IMG/VR virus record: IMGVR_UViG_2563366805_000007
Reading direction: 5' to 3' (one strand)
DNA from: a virus
Lineage: Duplodnaviria; Heunggongvirae; Uroviricota; Caudoviricetes
DNA: 33,977 nt
Numbering within the stretch: the first letter of the stretch is position 1; each line of letters opens with the position of its first letter. The position numbers and the translations under genes are program-made. Shown piece after piece: positions 1-8,799 of the stretch. The notes below the pieces were generated by a model that ran no database searches, was not told the DNA's origin, and worked only from the letters and a program-made list of their open reading frames with translations.

Positions 1-948
1 ATGATTATGCAAAAAATATTACGTATCGACAGTAACGATAATCTCATTGTCGCGTTGAAAGACCTGCACGCTGGAGAATCGTTCTCGTGGGATGACGACA
101 ACATAACGTTAGTAACTGATGTTAAGGCTAAACATAAGTTTGCGACGCAAGATATTCCTCTGGATGGCATTGTTTCGATGTACGGTACGCCAGTTGGCAA
201 GGCCACGCGTCCCATCGTTAAGGGAGAAGCGATTACCGTTGATAATATTCGCCACTATGCAGCTCCTGTCACACTGGAGGATGTTGAACCCTACCACTGG
301 CAGGCACCGGATGTCTCTGAATGGAGCACCCGCACTTTTAAAGGTTATGTCCGTGACGATGGCAGAGTGGGTACTGCCAGTTACTGGTTAGTCTTTCCAT
401 TGGTATTTTGCGAGAACCGTAATGTCAGTACGTTAACCAATGCTTTGAATGATGCTTTGGGTTATACCAATAACTCACTGAAAAAGTTTGCTCTTAATCT
501 GACGTCCGGTAGCGATGAACTGATCGAAACCGCGAGAATGTTTCCGCATATTGAAGGTGTTCGCTGTATTACGGTCACCAGTGGTTGTGGTGGTGCAACT
601 TCAGACTGTGAAACTATGTGCGATGTATTAGCTGCTTATGCTGACCATCCGAATGTAATCGGTATGACGGTATTCAGTTTAGGATGTGAAAAAGCGCAGC
701 AGAAAATGTTTAAGGATGCGCTGGCGAGACGTAATCCTGAATTTGATAAACCTGCGCTCTACTTTCTCCAACAGGAGTGGGACAGCGAAGAGCGGATGAT
801 GCAGACCGCTTTACAGCAGACTTTCGAGGCAATGAAAGCGGTGAAGCCGACAGAAAGAGTAGAGGTCCCTCTTTCCTGTCTCAAAGTGGGTGCCGCGCGC
901 CAATCAAAACGCGACACATTGACAACTAACATTGGATCGCGTTTGTGA
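1..948 (+). CDS. UxaA/GarD-family (altronate/galactarate) dehydratase, N-terminal fragment disrupted by prophage insertion; host-derived part is 1..890, the frame then reads into the phage end to a stop at 946-948
   Basis: Translation shows the N-terminal SAF-like region and the GLGCE motif of the UxaA/GarD family. The protein ends ...PLSCLKVG, exactly where the C-terminal fragment at 33261 resumes with MKCGGSDG (compare E. coli UxaA ...LKFGLECGGSDG, from memory). Confidence 0.7.
   Translation: MIMQKILRIDSNDNLIVALKDLHAGESFSWDDDNITLVTDVKAKHKFATQDIPLDGIVSMYGTPVGKATRPIVKGEAITVDNIRHYAAPVTLEDVEPYHWQAPDVSEWSTRTFKGYVRDDGRVGTASYWLVFPLVFCENRNVSTLTNALNDALGYTNNSLKKFALNLTSGSDELIETARMFPHIEGVRCITVTSGCGGATSDCETMCDVLAAYADHPNVIGMTVFSLGCEKAQQKMFKDALARRNPEFDKPALYFLQQEWDSEERMMQTALQQTFEAMKAVKPTERVEVPLSCLKVGAARQSKRDTLTTNIGSRL
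886..890. repeat. Left copy of the 5-bp target-site duplication GTGGG
   Basis: GTGGG occurs immediately outside both prophage termini (886-890 and 33261-33265); removing the prophage plus one copy restores an in-frame dehydratase ORF. It fits the Mu target consensus N-Y-(G/C)-R-N. Confidence 0.6.
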
Positions 949-955
949 TCATGAT

Positions 956-1510
956 TTATATGTCAGATGCTGGGAATCGTTTGTACAGAGTTGAGATTCC
1001 GACGTCATAAATTAGGGCCACCCTCTGACGAGTTTCGCCAGCCGCTAACAATCTTCCAGCCTGCGCCCACTGTTCAGGTGTTAACTTAGGTCTTCGACCT
1101 CCCACGCGCCCCTCAGCTCGCGCAGCAGCCAGACCTGCACGTGTACGTTCAACAATCAGTTCACGTTCCATCTCGGCCAATGCCCCCATAACATGAAAAA
1201 AGAAGCGCCCCATTGGCGATGAAGTATCTATGCTGTCAGTCAGACTTTTAAAGTTGATACCTCGCTCGCGTAGTTCTTCCACCAGTCCAACCAGATGACG
1301 CATGCTGCGTCCGAGGCGATCAAGCTTCCAGACCACGAGGGTGTCACCTTCAGATAGCGTTCTGAGTACCCGTTTTAGTCCGGGTCTGTCTGAGGTTCTG
1401 CCGCTTATCTTGTCTTCAAAAATCAGCTCACATCCTGCACATTCCAGCGCATTACGCTGTAATGCCGTGTTCTGGTCATTTGTTGATACACGTACATAGC
1501 CAATAAGCAT
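956..1510 (-). CDS. gin: Gin-type serine DNA invertase (G-segment invertase)
   Basis: Translation MLIGYVRVSTNDQN...GDTLVVWKLDRLGRSM...MGRFFFHVMGALAEMERELI is near-identical in motif content to Mu Gin / Hin / Cin resolvase-invertases. The ORF-track start at 1546 is probably an upstream extension; the conserved start is MLIGYVRV at 1510. Confidence 0.9.
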   Translation of the reverse strand: MLIGYVRVSTNDQNTALQRNALECAGCELIFEDKISGRTSDRPGLKRVLRTLSEGDTLVVWKLDRLGRSMRHLVGLVEELRERGINFKSLTDSIDTSSPMGRFFFHVMGALAEMERELIVERTRAGLAAARAEGRVGGRRPKLTPEQWAQAGRLLAAGETRQRVALIYDVGISTLYKRFPASDI

Positions 1511-1527
1511 GGTTAAACTCACTTTAA

Positions 1528-1938
1528 ATGGCGGGAATAATGCCATTTGAGCGACTAACGATCATTATCGAAAACGTTGGTTTGGGAGAAGCAGCTAAAA
1601 GGAATGTAGGTACAGGGGCGAATCAGATACCTGATATGAGCCTGTTCGCGTCAAGTAATACCGCAACGGCTGCTGCGCAAAAATTTCCGTCTGGATTAAT
1701 TTTACAGTGCGGTCAGTTGAATGGCTCCCCGAATGTATCTTCAATATACGGGATGAGGTTCCCGATGACATTCTCAAGAGTCCTTGCTGTCACAGTTACA
1801 TTGAACGTTACTGGCGCGTCAGGGCAGCCGACTGTATCGGCGACAAATGTCCATAACACTGGATTTGATATTACAGTATCGCCCGGTTCAGGATACGGTT
1901 CATCTGCTGATGCGTATTACATTGCAATGGGATATTAA
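1528..1938 (+). CDS. Alternative tail-fibre variable segment (S-prime variable part), promoterless until G inversion fuses it to the constant 5' part of S
   Basis: The ORF runs through the gix site at 1565-1590 and encodes ...VGLGEAAKR..., sharing the GLGE crossover codons with S (...NLGLGEGS...). After inversion between the gix centres the frame is continuous with S codons upstream of 3448. Confidence 0.6.
   Translation: MAGIMPFERLTIIIENVGLGEAAKRNVGTGANQIPDMSLFASSNTATAAAQKFPSGLILQCGQLNGSPNVSSIYGMRFPMTFSRVLAVTVTLNVTGASGQPTVSATNVHNTGFDITVSPGSGYGSSADAYYIAMGY
1565..1590. repeat. gix-like recombination site (right boundary of the invertible G segment in phage orientation)
   Basis: TTATCGAAAACGTTGGTTTGGGAGAA is a 12-2-12 imperfect palindrome resembling Gin/Hin/Cin crossover sites. 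It is an inverted repeat of 3434-3459, conserved over AAAC-S-TTGGTTT-R-GGAGAAG. Confidence 0.75.
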
Positions 1939-1942
1939 CAAA

Positions 1943-2362
1943 ATGTCATATTTTTATTCTGCATCGACAAACGGATTTTATTCGACTGAATTTCACGGCA
2001 CCAATATTCCTGATGATGCAGTGGAAATCTCGGAATCAGAGTGGAAAACACTGATTAATGCACAGAGTGTAACAAAAATGATTACCTGTGGTGAGAACGG
2101 TCATCCTGTCATTGTTGACCGTCCTTCTCCAACACCAGAACAATTAGCCTTAATAAATGATGAAAAGAAATCTGCACTGATAGCAGAGGCAACGAATGTA
2201 ATAGCTCCGCTTCAGGATGCGGTTGATTTAGGTATGGCAACAAATGATGAAACGAAACTGTTACTGGCATGGAAAAAATATCGAGTGCTATTGATGCGTA
2301 TTAATACTTCAACAGCACTCGATATTGAATGGCCTACGCCTCCGGCAGTTCAGGCCAGATGA
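1943..2362 (+). CDS. Tail-fibre assembly protein, alternative copy (U-prime) inside the G segment
   Basis: ATG at 1943 immediately follows the S-prime stop; small acidic protein in the position of Mu U-prime; convergent with U on the opposite strand. Confidence 0.65.
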   Translation: MSYFYSASTNGFYSTEFHGTNIPDDAVEISESEWKTLINAQSVTKMITCGENGHPVIVDRPSPTPEQLALINDEKKSALIAEATNVIAPLQDAVDLGMATNDETKLLLAWKKYRVLLMRINTSTALDIEWPTPPAVQAR

Positions 2363-2936
2363 CATCCGGCGCTGTGCTGGTATCTGTTGCCATCACCGCG
2401 TCAATGTAATCCAGCACAGCGTTAAGGCGGGTTGTTTCTGCCTGCGTCAGCTTCCGCCCGGCCTGTAATTTCAGTTGAATCAGACTAATGGAAGCCATTG
2501 CAGCATCAATCAGTGACTGACGCTGTGCTTCTGCCGCTTCGACTGCTGCGCTATGCTGTGCCTCAGTATCTGTTACCCATTTCTCACCATCCCATTTATC
2601 GTATGGCGTTAACGGGGCGATAGTGGTCGTGTTTTCAGGATAATCACCCGGAGCTGTGATTTCTTTTGATTCTCCCGTTTCGGTGTTATAGACAACTTCA
2701 CCGCGATGGTCTGGCACATATTCCCATGAGTTAAAATCTGCTGAGCGGCAGATAGCATAACCAGCTTTATGTGTAACTGGCGCATCTAAACAAGAACATG
2801 CCGGGATACCGACGCCAACAGCAAGATATTCAGTTGATGTAGAAATATATTCCCGCGTTTCACCATCATAATTATAAACGGTAATATCTCCCGTCTTTGT
2901 GGCAATGAGTTCGTTATTTAATACGGCTTTATTCAT
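2334..2936 (-). CDS. Tail-fibre assembly protein (U-like)
   Basis: Immediately downstream of S with an ATGA stop/start overlap; size and position as Mu U tail-fibre assembly chaperone. Confidence 0.7.
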   Translation of the reverse strand: MNKAVLNNELIATKTGDITVYNYDGETREYISTSTEYLAVGVGIPACSCLDAPVTHKAGYAICRSADFNSWEYVPDHRGEVVYNTETGESKEITAPGDYPENTTTIAPLTPYDKWDGEKWVTDTEAQHSAAVEAAEAQRQSLIDAAMASISLIQLKLQAGRKLTQAETTRLNAVLDYIDAVMATDTSTAPDVIWPELPEA

Positions 2937-3754
2937 CAGGCAGCCCTCACGATATAATTAAAGGCAATGTTACGAGGACGGTTTTCGTTTGCAGTTGGAA
3001 CAATTCTTGAAGCATCAAGGCCAATCACTTTTGGGTAAACAGCGCCATCTGCTCTTTCAGTCACCATACTTCTGATTAAGGAGAAATAACTATTGTTCGT
3101 TGAGGGATTCAAAGGCACCACTGCCCCCTTAAACGAGTCTACTGATTCCCATATTGAATAATTTTCGGTGTTTACAGTCTTGAACTCACCATAGATATTA
3201 CGTATGGCATCGCCCTGAGCTGATAATATTGCCCTCCCCGTATCCATACCACGTCCGTCATCCCAGCCACGAATAAACTCACCACGTAAATCAGGCAATT
3301 TATTTGTCGGGTAAGCCTTTGCCAGTTCTGGGTATTCTTCAGCAGAAAAAGCTGCTCCGTTGCATTTTAGCCAGCCTGTTGGCGGAGTGGCTGAGGGCCA
3401 CGGAACAGGTACGCCAACAGGCAATGCTGAGCCTTCTCCTAAACCAAGGTTTGTGAGAGCCGCCGCGATTGCTGCCGCACCATCTGCTTTAATGTCGCCA
3501 AATGGATTGGAACGACTCAGAAACAGTTTTTTGAGAGCGACCAGAATCTGCGTGTTGTCCATTTTGTCAGGATCAATCCCAGCGGCCTTGAGAATATTGA
3601 GCAGCTCGCTTTGAATGACATTAAACCAGTCCGGTCCGGGATACGTCGGAGGAACGCCATTACCTCCTTCAGTAAAGAAAAGCTCGGTCTCACTGGTGAC
3701 AGGAGACGGTTGTGGCATAACCGGAACACCGGTTGAATTATCTACGTGAAACAT
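2936..3754 (-). CDS. Tail-fibre protein S (constant N-terminus outside the G segment, variable C-terminus with phage tail-collar domain inside it)
   Basis: N-terminus MFHVDNSTGVPVMPQ... resembles Mu S (from memory); the C-terminal part has a tail-collar-like motif LPDLRGEFIRGWDDGRGMDTGR; the gene spans the gix site at 3434-3459. Confidence 0.8.
   Translation of the reverse strand: MFHVDNSTGVPVMPQPSPVTSETELFFTEGGNGVPPTYPGPDWFNVIQSELLNILKAAGIDPDKMDNTQILVALKKLFLSRSNPFGDIKADGAAAIAAALTNLGLGEGSALPVGVPVPWPSATPPTGWLKCNGAAFSAEEYPELAKAYPTNKLPDLRGEFIRGWDDGRGMDTGRAILSAQGDAIRNIYGEFKTVNTENYSIWESVDSFKGAVVPLNPSTNNSYFSLIRSMVTERADGAVYPKVIGLDASRIVPTANENRPRNIAFNYIVRAA
3434..3459. repeat. gix-like recombination site inside S (left boundary of the invertible G segment in phage orientation)
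   Basis: TTCTCCTAAACCAAGGTTTGTGAGAG; its reverse complement aligns with 1565-1590. The centre dinucleotide falls in the Leu codon preceding GLGE. Confidence 0.75.
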
Positions 3755-4344
3755 CAGTTATCTCCTGAAGAATAAAAATATTCGTATGCTGTGCCGCCGA
3801 GACGGTATTTCGTCAGCACACACTCCAGTTCTCTTGCACGTTCGCTCAGAAGCGGTGTCATGACGTTATCGATACAGGTAAAACGTCCGCCGTTGATACC
3901 GATCACATCAATCTGTAACGTCCAGCGATAACGAGCTGGATAAAGGGGATACACGCAGCTACGCATGCAGTGGTGAGGCAGAATGACAGTAACCCGGATA
4001 GTAAATCCAAGCGCGGCAGCCACAGCTTCAATCTGCCACGGGGAAAGGCCACCTTTGCGGTGATACTTCTCCACGACAGCACGACGTCGGTCTTCTACAG
4101 TACCGCTTAACTGCCCACACTCCGGCAGTTCAAGGTATTCCTCCCATTCTTCCAGCAGCATAAATGTTGTTTCTGGCCGCATCTCCGGTAGCAGGTTTTC
4201 TGCATCAAATTCCGTCTGACTTAAACGCCTGGCTAACGCCCGTAAAAAACGGTTTAAATCACCATCCTCATCGCGTGACCACGCTTTGCCACGTGGCATG
4301 ACCTGCCATAAAGCGCCCAGCCATTCATCTACACTGTGGGCCAT
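3754..4344 (-). CDS. Tail/baseplate protein (Mu gp48-like)
   Basis: Position between the baseplate J-like gene and S; translationally coupled to both neighbours. Confidence 0.6.
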   Translation of the reverse strand: MAHSVDEWLGALWQVMPRGKAWSRDEDGDLNRFLRALARRLSQTEFDAENLLPEMRPETTFMLLEEWEEYLELPECGQLSGTVEDRRRAVVEKYHRKGGLSPWQIEAVAAALGFTIRVTVILPHHCMRSCVYPLYPARYRWTLQIDVIGINGGRFTCIDNVMTPLLSERARELECVLTKYRLGGTAYEYFYSSGDN

Positions 4345-5405
4345 GTCAGCACTCCGATAGTGATAAGTTCATTCTGAGCACAGGGAATGTCAGCGGTCAG
4401 ATTCAGCGTGTAATCCGTCACGCCAGATGCGGTGCCGATAGCAGTGCGAATCGCTGAAATGGGCAGCGTTTGTCCTGGTTGCAGCGTCTTCTGAAGCGTC
4501 AACAGGCGGGACTGGACAGCTTTACGCGTGGCCGGTGTATCCGGTGTTATGCCAATAATCATATTGACGGGACGGAGCACCAGTTCCACGGGCCAGACTT
4601 CTATTCCTCCAGGTTTACCAACCCATACGCCAGTCGCCGGGTCGGTATGACGGAAAAGGTAATCTTCCATATTTTTCCGGTCCTGATATCCGGGGGTAAT
4701 CACTGAACGATCGTCATAAACCCATGCCAGTCCGATTGTGCAGGGACCATGCCAGGCATCAAATGCCCACGCCCGACTGACACCAGCCATTTCTCGCGCC
4801 CAGATGACATAGTCATGCACAGCCCCACCAACGGGGGGATTGCGTTTACGGAATAAAAGCCGGTCAAGCAATTCAGAAACTGGCTCAATATCCGAACCAC
4901 CGATGATGCCTCCCGTACCCGTTAAACCAATACTTTCCACGCCGGGAACGGGGGACAGCAGGGTCAGGCTTTCACCTTCCGGAAGGTTTCCTGACGCGCC
5001 GGCATCGCTGGCCTGAATGGTTACAGTCATGACCCCATCTACAGGAACGCCGGAAGTCGTCACGGCATAAACAATACCGGTAGCGGTTTGCATCTCCATA
5101 TCTTCCGGCAGCGGTGTATTCCCTTTAAATACCGCCGGCCCCGTAGCAAACGTGGCCTGTTTTCTGACGACGCCTTCGCTGGCCGCAGTCTCAATGATGG
5201 TTTCATCATCAGATTTAACAGACGGAATAATCTGGTCTTTAATCCAGCTCTGATGGTCGTATAAATCACGAACCTGATTGCTGAATGAGGTATTTAGAGC
5301 TTTCTCAACGCCTACTGGCGGAAGTTTTTGCAGCCCCAGTTCAAAGGCAATATCTTTTTCGCCGTCAGTAATAAGCTTGCGCAGCGCGGGAACGTTATAA
5401 GGCAT
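4329..5405 (-). CDS. Baseplate J-like protein (Mu gp47-like)
   Basis: 358-aa protein in the baseplate module, of size and character typical of the Baseplate_J family. Confidence 0.75.
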   Translation of the reverse strand: MPYNVPALRKLITDGEKDIAFELGLQKLPPVGVEKALNTSFSNQVRDLYDHQSWIKDQIIPSVKSDDETIIETAASEGVVRKQATFATGPAVFKGNTPLPEDMEMQTATGIVYAVTTSGVPVDGVMTVTIQASDAGASGNLPEGESLTLLSPVPGVESIGLTGTGGIIGGSDIEPVSELLDRLLFRKRNPPVGGAVHDYVIWAREMAGVSRAWAFDAWHGPCTIGLAWVYDDRSVITPGYQDRKNMEDYLFRHTDPATGVWVGKPGGIEVWPVELVLRPVNMIIGITPDTPATRKAVQSRLLTLQKTLQPGQTLPISAIRTAIGTASGVTDYTLNLTADIPCAQNELITIGVLTWPTV

Positions 5406-5847
5406 TAGCAGTGGACTCCCAGCGTTTACTTATTTCAATCCGGAGCGTCGTTTTATCCGGGCGGGTTAGAATGACAATAAAATTAATTCGGTCATTGCCG
5501 CTTATAGTGGCTGTGACTGCTGCATTACGCGCATAACCAGAACGTAAAAGCGGTTGCATAGAAAGCAGTGCATAATCTTCCACCCGCATTCTGACGGATT
5601 CCGTCAGCTTCTCGCGATCCAGCAACCAGAGTTTCGATCCCCACGGATAATCACTAAATGTGTCGCCGGGCCAGCCTCTCGGGTCCGATGAGTTATCAGG
5701 AATAATGTCATCAGTATCAGCACGGACGTCGGTGAAAAGACAAATCAGAACCAAAGTGACCAGTCCTTCATCACGCGATAAACCATCATGGTTAATTGTC
5801 AGTTCACCTCTGGAGAGTTGATTATTCCAGCTGATACCAATAGTCAT
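5395..5847 (-). CDS. Baseplate protein (Mu gp46-like)
   Basis: 150-aa ORF overlapping both neighbours in the baseplate operon. Confidence 0.65.
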   Translation of the reverse strand: MTIGISWNNQLSRGELTINHDGLSRDEGLVTLVLICLFTDVRADTDDIIPDNSSDPRGWPGDTFSDYPWGSKLWLLDREKLTESVRMRVEDYALLSMQPLLRSGYARNAAVTATISGNDRINFIVILTRPDKTTLRIEISKRWESTANAL

Positions 5848-6386
5848 TTCATCTCCGATGTTTTTTTGCCATCCCCGTCCATATGGAAATGCTCAAGAAC
5901 AGATTTACCGGCGACCTGAATATCATTTGAAAATACAGATGGGCCGTTAACTTTTAATAATTTTGTATTTATCGCAAACAATTCGCCGGCATCGTAATTA
6001 ACCGATTTCCCTTTAACGTCGATAAGACCACCTTTTTTCAGGGTGATATAAGACTGACCATCGCCGTGATATAACCTGACCTCTCCATCCTCCAGACCTT
6101 TTGGACGACAGCGCTTGTCTTCAACAGCGATTGCCACCAGACCTTCCCGGCGTCCCCCCACTGCCAGAATGAGTGCTTCTGAACCGACTGGCGGCACAGA
6201 CGTCAGGCCGTAGTTCTGGAAACGTTCAACATCATCATTGGTGGAATCCGCCAGAGACTGGATCTGGAGGTTCTGACGCCCGAGACTGTCTGTAACGATA
6301 CGAACAACGGCCCTGTCAACGAGCAATCGCAGCCGGCGTCCAATACCTTCAAGTGTGCGACCGATATTTGCCGGATTCAGTCCCAT
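5844..6386 (-). CDS. Baseplate assembly protein V / spike-like (Mu gp45-like)
   Basis: 180-aa protein directly downstream of the hub gene P. Confidence 0.65.
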   Translation of the reverse strand: MGLNPANIGRTLEGIGRRLRLLVDRAVVRIVTDSLGRQNLQIQSLADSTNDDVERFQNYGLTSVPPVGSEALILAVGGRREGLVAIAVEDKRCRPKGLEDGEVRLYHGDGQSYITLKKGGLIDVKGKSVNYDAGELFAINTKLLKVNGPSVFSNDIQVAGKSVLEHFHMDGDGKKTSEMK

Positions 6387-7471
6387 GTTTCCTCCGTTTT
6401 TGCCTTTGATCTCTTGCCTTTCTTGCCTGCTTTTTTCGCACTGGTTTCAGGCATATCCATCGACTCAGGGGGAACCAGCGTCAGAACGCAGAGACGTCCG
6501 TTATCACCTTCAGTAAACGTGACGGTTTTAATCAGCCATGAGTCCTTCAGGTTCTGTACCGGGTCATCAATATCAACGCGCCTGTTTTTCTGCCATAACG
6601 GGCCTTCATCGCCATTCTCTCGCCATCCTGCCAGTGTAATTTCGGTGCTGTTGGCTTCGCCCATCATCCGCGCTTTGTACCATTCACCGCGTGTACTTGC
6701 GCCTCCGACGGTCAGGCTGTCTTCATTGACCAGAATTTTCGGGCGGTAACGGTTGATGTCACCATCATCAACGATGGTCTGACGTCCTCCAATCACTTTG
6801 ACTGGCTGATCGTCCCACGTGCTCCCACCCGCACTGGAGGTGCCTTTCACGATGTACTGGCTGTTTCTCTCACGCCAGCTGAACCGGCCGCGGGCTGCAA
6901 GAATATTGGTCCCGAAAATCAGAGGAACGCCGGCACGCTTTGTTGATGCACGGGTGATGATCAGATTACCCAGACCATCAGCAGTCAGCAGAACGCCGCG
7001 TTGTTTAGCCAGGCGGTCAAGAAGATCGAAGGCGGTCTCTCCCTGTTCAAGCACCACGCTACCGAAGGTTTCACCAGTGTCAGTTTCACTGATAACACTG
7101 ATGCCATAGGGTTTGCAGATTTCCACTGCCAGTTGCTCCAGTCGAACACCTTTCCACTGGCCGGATTTATGCACCACTGAGCTGTCAACGAGATCGCCGG
7201 TTTTATCCCGCCCCATAACGCGAATACTCATGTTTTCTGCGTCATAGCTGGGAATGAAATCATCAATATACCCCGTCAGAACCGTATCTTTTCCCAGCCT
7301 GACGATGCAGGGCATGCCCTGCTTAATCACGCGTGGTGATGCTTCTGACCATTGTGTGGTGACAGTGAGATCAAATTCGCCGGCAACAGCCTCCAGTGAG
7401 GAAGTGATGGACATCTCTGTCCATCCGTCCCACTGCTGGCCGTCAACCTCAAGCACAACCATTTCCATCAA
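6377..7471 (-). CDS. Baseplate hub / tail protein P (gpD-like)
   Basis: 364 aa, follows N as in Mu; lysine-rich C-terminus. Confidence 0.75.
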   Translation of the reverse strand: MMEMVVLEVDGQQWDGWTEMSITSSLEAVAGEFDLTVTTQWSEASPRVIKQGMPCIVRLGKDTVLTGYIDDFIPSYDAENMSIRVMGRDKTGDLVDSSVVHKSGQWKGVRLEQLAVEICKPYGISVISETDTGETFGSVVLEQGETAFDLLDRLAKQRGVLLTADGLGNLIITRASTKRAGVPLIFGTNILAARGRFSWRERNSQYIVKGTSSAGGSTWDDQPVKVIGGRQTIVDDGDINRYRPKILVNEDSLTVGGASTRGEWYKARMMGEANSTEITLAGWRENGDEGPLWQKNRRVDIDDPVQNLKDSWLIKTVTFTEGDNGRLCVLTLVPPESMDMPETSAKKAGKKGKRSKAKTEETWD

Positions 7472-8799
7472 TCTGTTACCTCGACAGGTTTACCCGGAAG
7501 AACGAACGCCGGGTCTTTCAATCGGTTCCTTGACGCGATGGCGTCACGGTTCTCGGTATTACCGGTTTCACGCCATGCAATCAGAGATACCGGGGACGTT
7601 GTGGTCAGAATGACCGTTCGTGTCTGTGGTAGCTGAGCGCTTCTGACCCGCACGTCATTGACGACGGCAAAGCGCAGCTCGCGCAGGGCATGCCACAAAT
7701 TCCGCTGACCGTTTTCTACGGCATACACAGCTTGTTCATTCAGTTGCTCAGCCAGCGTGTCACCCGCACTTATGGCTTCCTCACTACTTCTGAACTCGGT
7801 GCTGGCAACGGTCTCTGCCTGTCCAATTAGGCTGGCAACGACAATCAGCTGACGAAAATGAGTGATGTTGGCCTGCATGGCATCGGTCAGTTCAGGGACA
7901 ACGTCCGGAAGGCTGCTGGCAAAACCATACTTTCCGTCAGTCACTGAACCTGGTGTGACTGACATGTATTTGGGCAACTGGTGAAGTGCAGCGGCTGTCG
8001 CCCGGTCACTTGTATTTGTTGGCGAAACCGGCGACGACCACGGCGAAGATGAAGAACCGGAAAACTGATCTCCCTGCCACCGGTTGCGGATCTGATCATA
8101 AACCCGCATTGACCAAAGAGGTTCGGTCACGGTGTCGCGTACACCGCTGACAAGGTTCAGAACATCATTGATAAATCCGGCTGGTTTCGCGACGGCCAGC
8201 TCAATCAACCCACGAAAACGCCCTAAACGGTCAGTCCATTCAGTAATCGCGGAGGGCAGCGTCAGCACACCCACTACCAGATTTTCCATGTCGTCCATCC
8301 ACGTATCGGCCATCTCACCAAGACCATCAAGCAGGGCAAAGACATCGCCATTCGCCAGCGCAGCTTTGACCTTATCCGCTGCGCTGAGTACCGTCAGGCT
8401 GGTATTTTCTGCCGGCGCAGGAAACAGGCGCTCGCCCGCCTCAGATACCTCAAAAGAGATGTAGGCAATGCCGCCTTCCTCAGTGCTCAGACGGTGAGTC
8501 ACCTTACCAATCTGAACCTTCTGAATGCCGAACCACGGATGGATAAGTTCACCGGGTCCAGGTGTGTTCAGAGCCCGGAGAAGTGCCTCCAGTTGGCTCT
8601 GGTAGTTCTTTCCAATCAGCTTGCCGTTGATTTGCTGTTGGGTCAGAACGGCACCGTTATCCTCGGTCCAGCCCACTTCTTTTTTGGGGTAGGCGCGGGG
8701 AATTGCCCGACGGCCGCTGGTGCCTTCGTTATCGACCAGATAAAACGAGACGCCCCGGAACGAAGCATCGCGCAGGTCTTCCCATCGGGTAGCAGCCAT
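7468..8799 (-). CDS. DNA circularisation protein N-like tail protein
   Basis: 443-aa protein directly downstream of the tape measure, with stop/start overlap, as Mu N. Confidence 0.75.
   Translation of the reverse strand: MAATRWEDLRDASFRGVSFYLVDNEGTSGRRAIPRAYPKKEVGWTEDNGAVLTQQQINGKLIGKNYQSQLEALLRALNTPGPGELIHPWFGIQKVQIGKVTHRLSTEEGGIAYISFEVSEAGERLFPAPAENTSLTVLSAADKVKAALANGDVFALLDGLGEMADTWMDDMENLVVGVLTLPSAITEWTDRLGRFRGLIELAVAKPAGFINDVLNLVSGVRDTVTEPLWSMRVYDQIRNRWQGDQFSGSSSSPWSSPVSPTNTSDRATAAALHQLPKYMSVTPGSVTDGKYGFASSLPDVVPELTDAMQANITHFRQLIVVASLIGQAETVASTEFRSSEEAISAGDTLAEQLNEQAVYAVENGQRNLWHALRELRFAVVNDVRVRSAQLPQTRTVILTTTSPVSLIAWRETGNTENRDAIASRNRLKDPAFVLPGKPVEVTD

Noticed and set aside
956-1546. 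Longer Gin ORF starting at 1546 ([12 protein letters not shown]...)
   Set aside because: The conserved serine-recombinase N-terminus begins at MLIGYVRVS (start 1510); the extra 12 codons have no counterpart in Gin/Hin/Cin and no better RBS.
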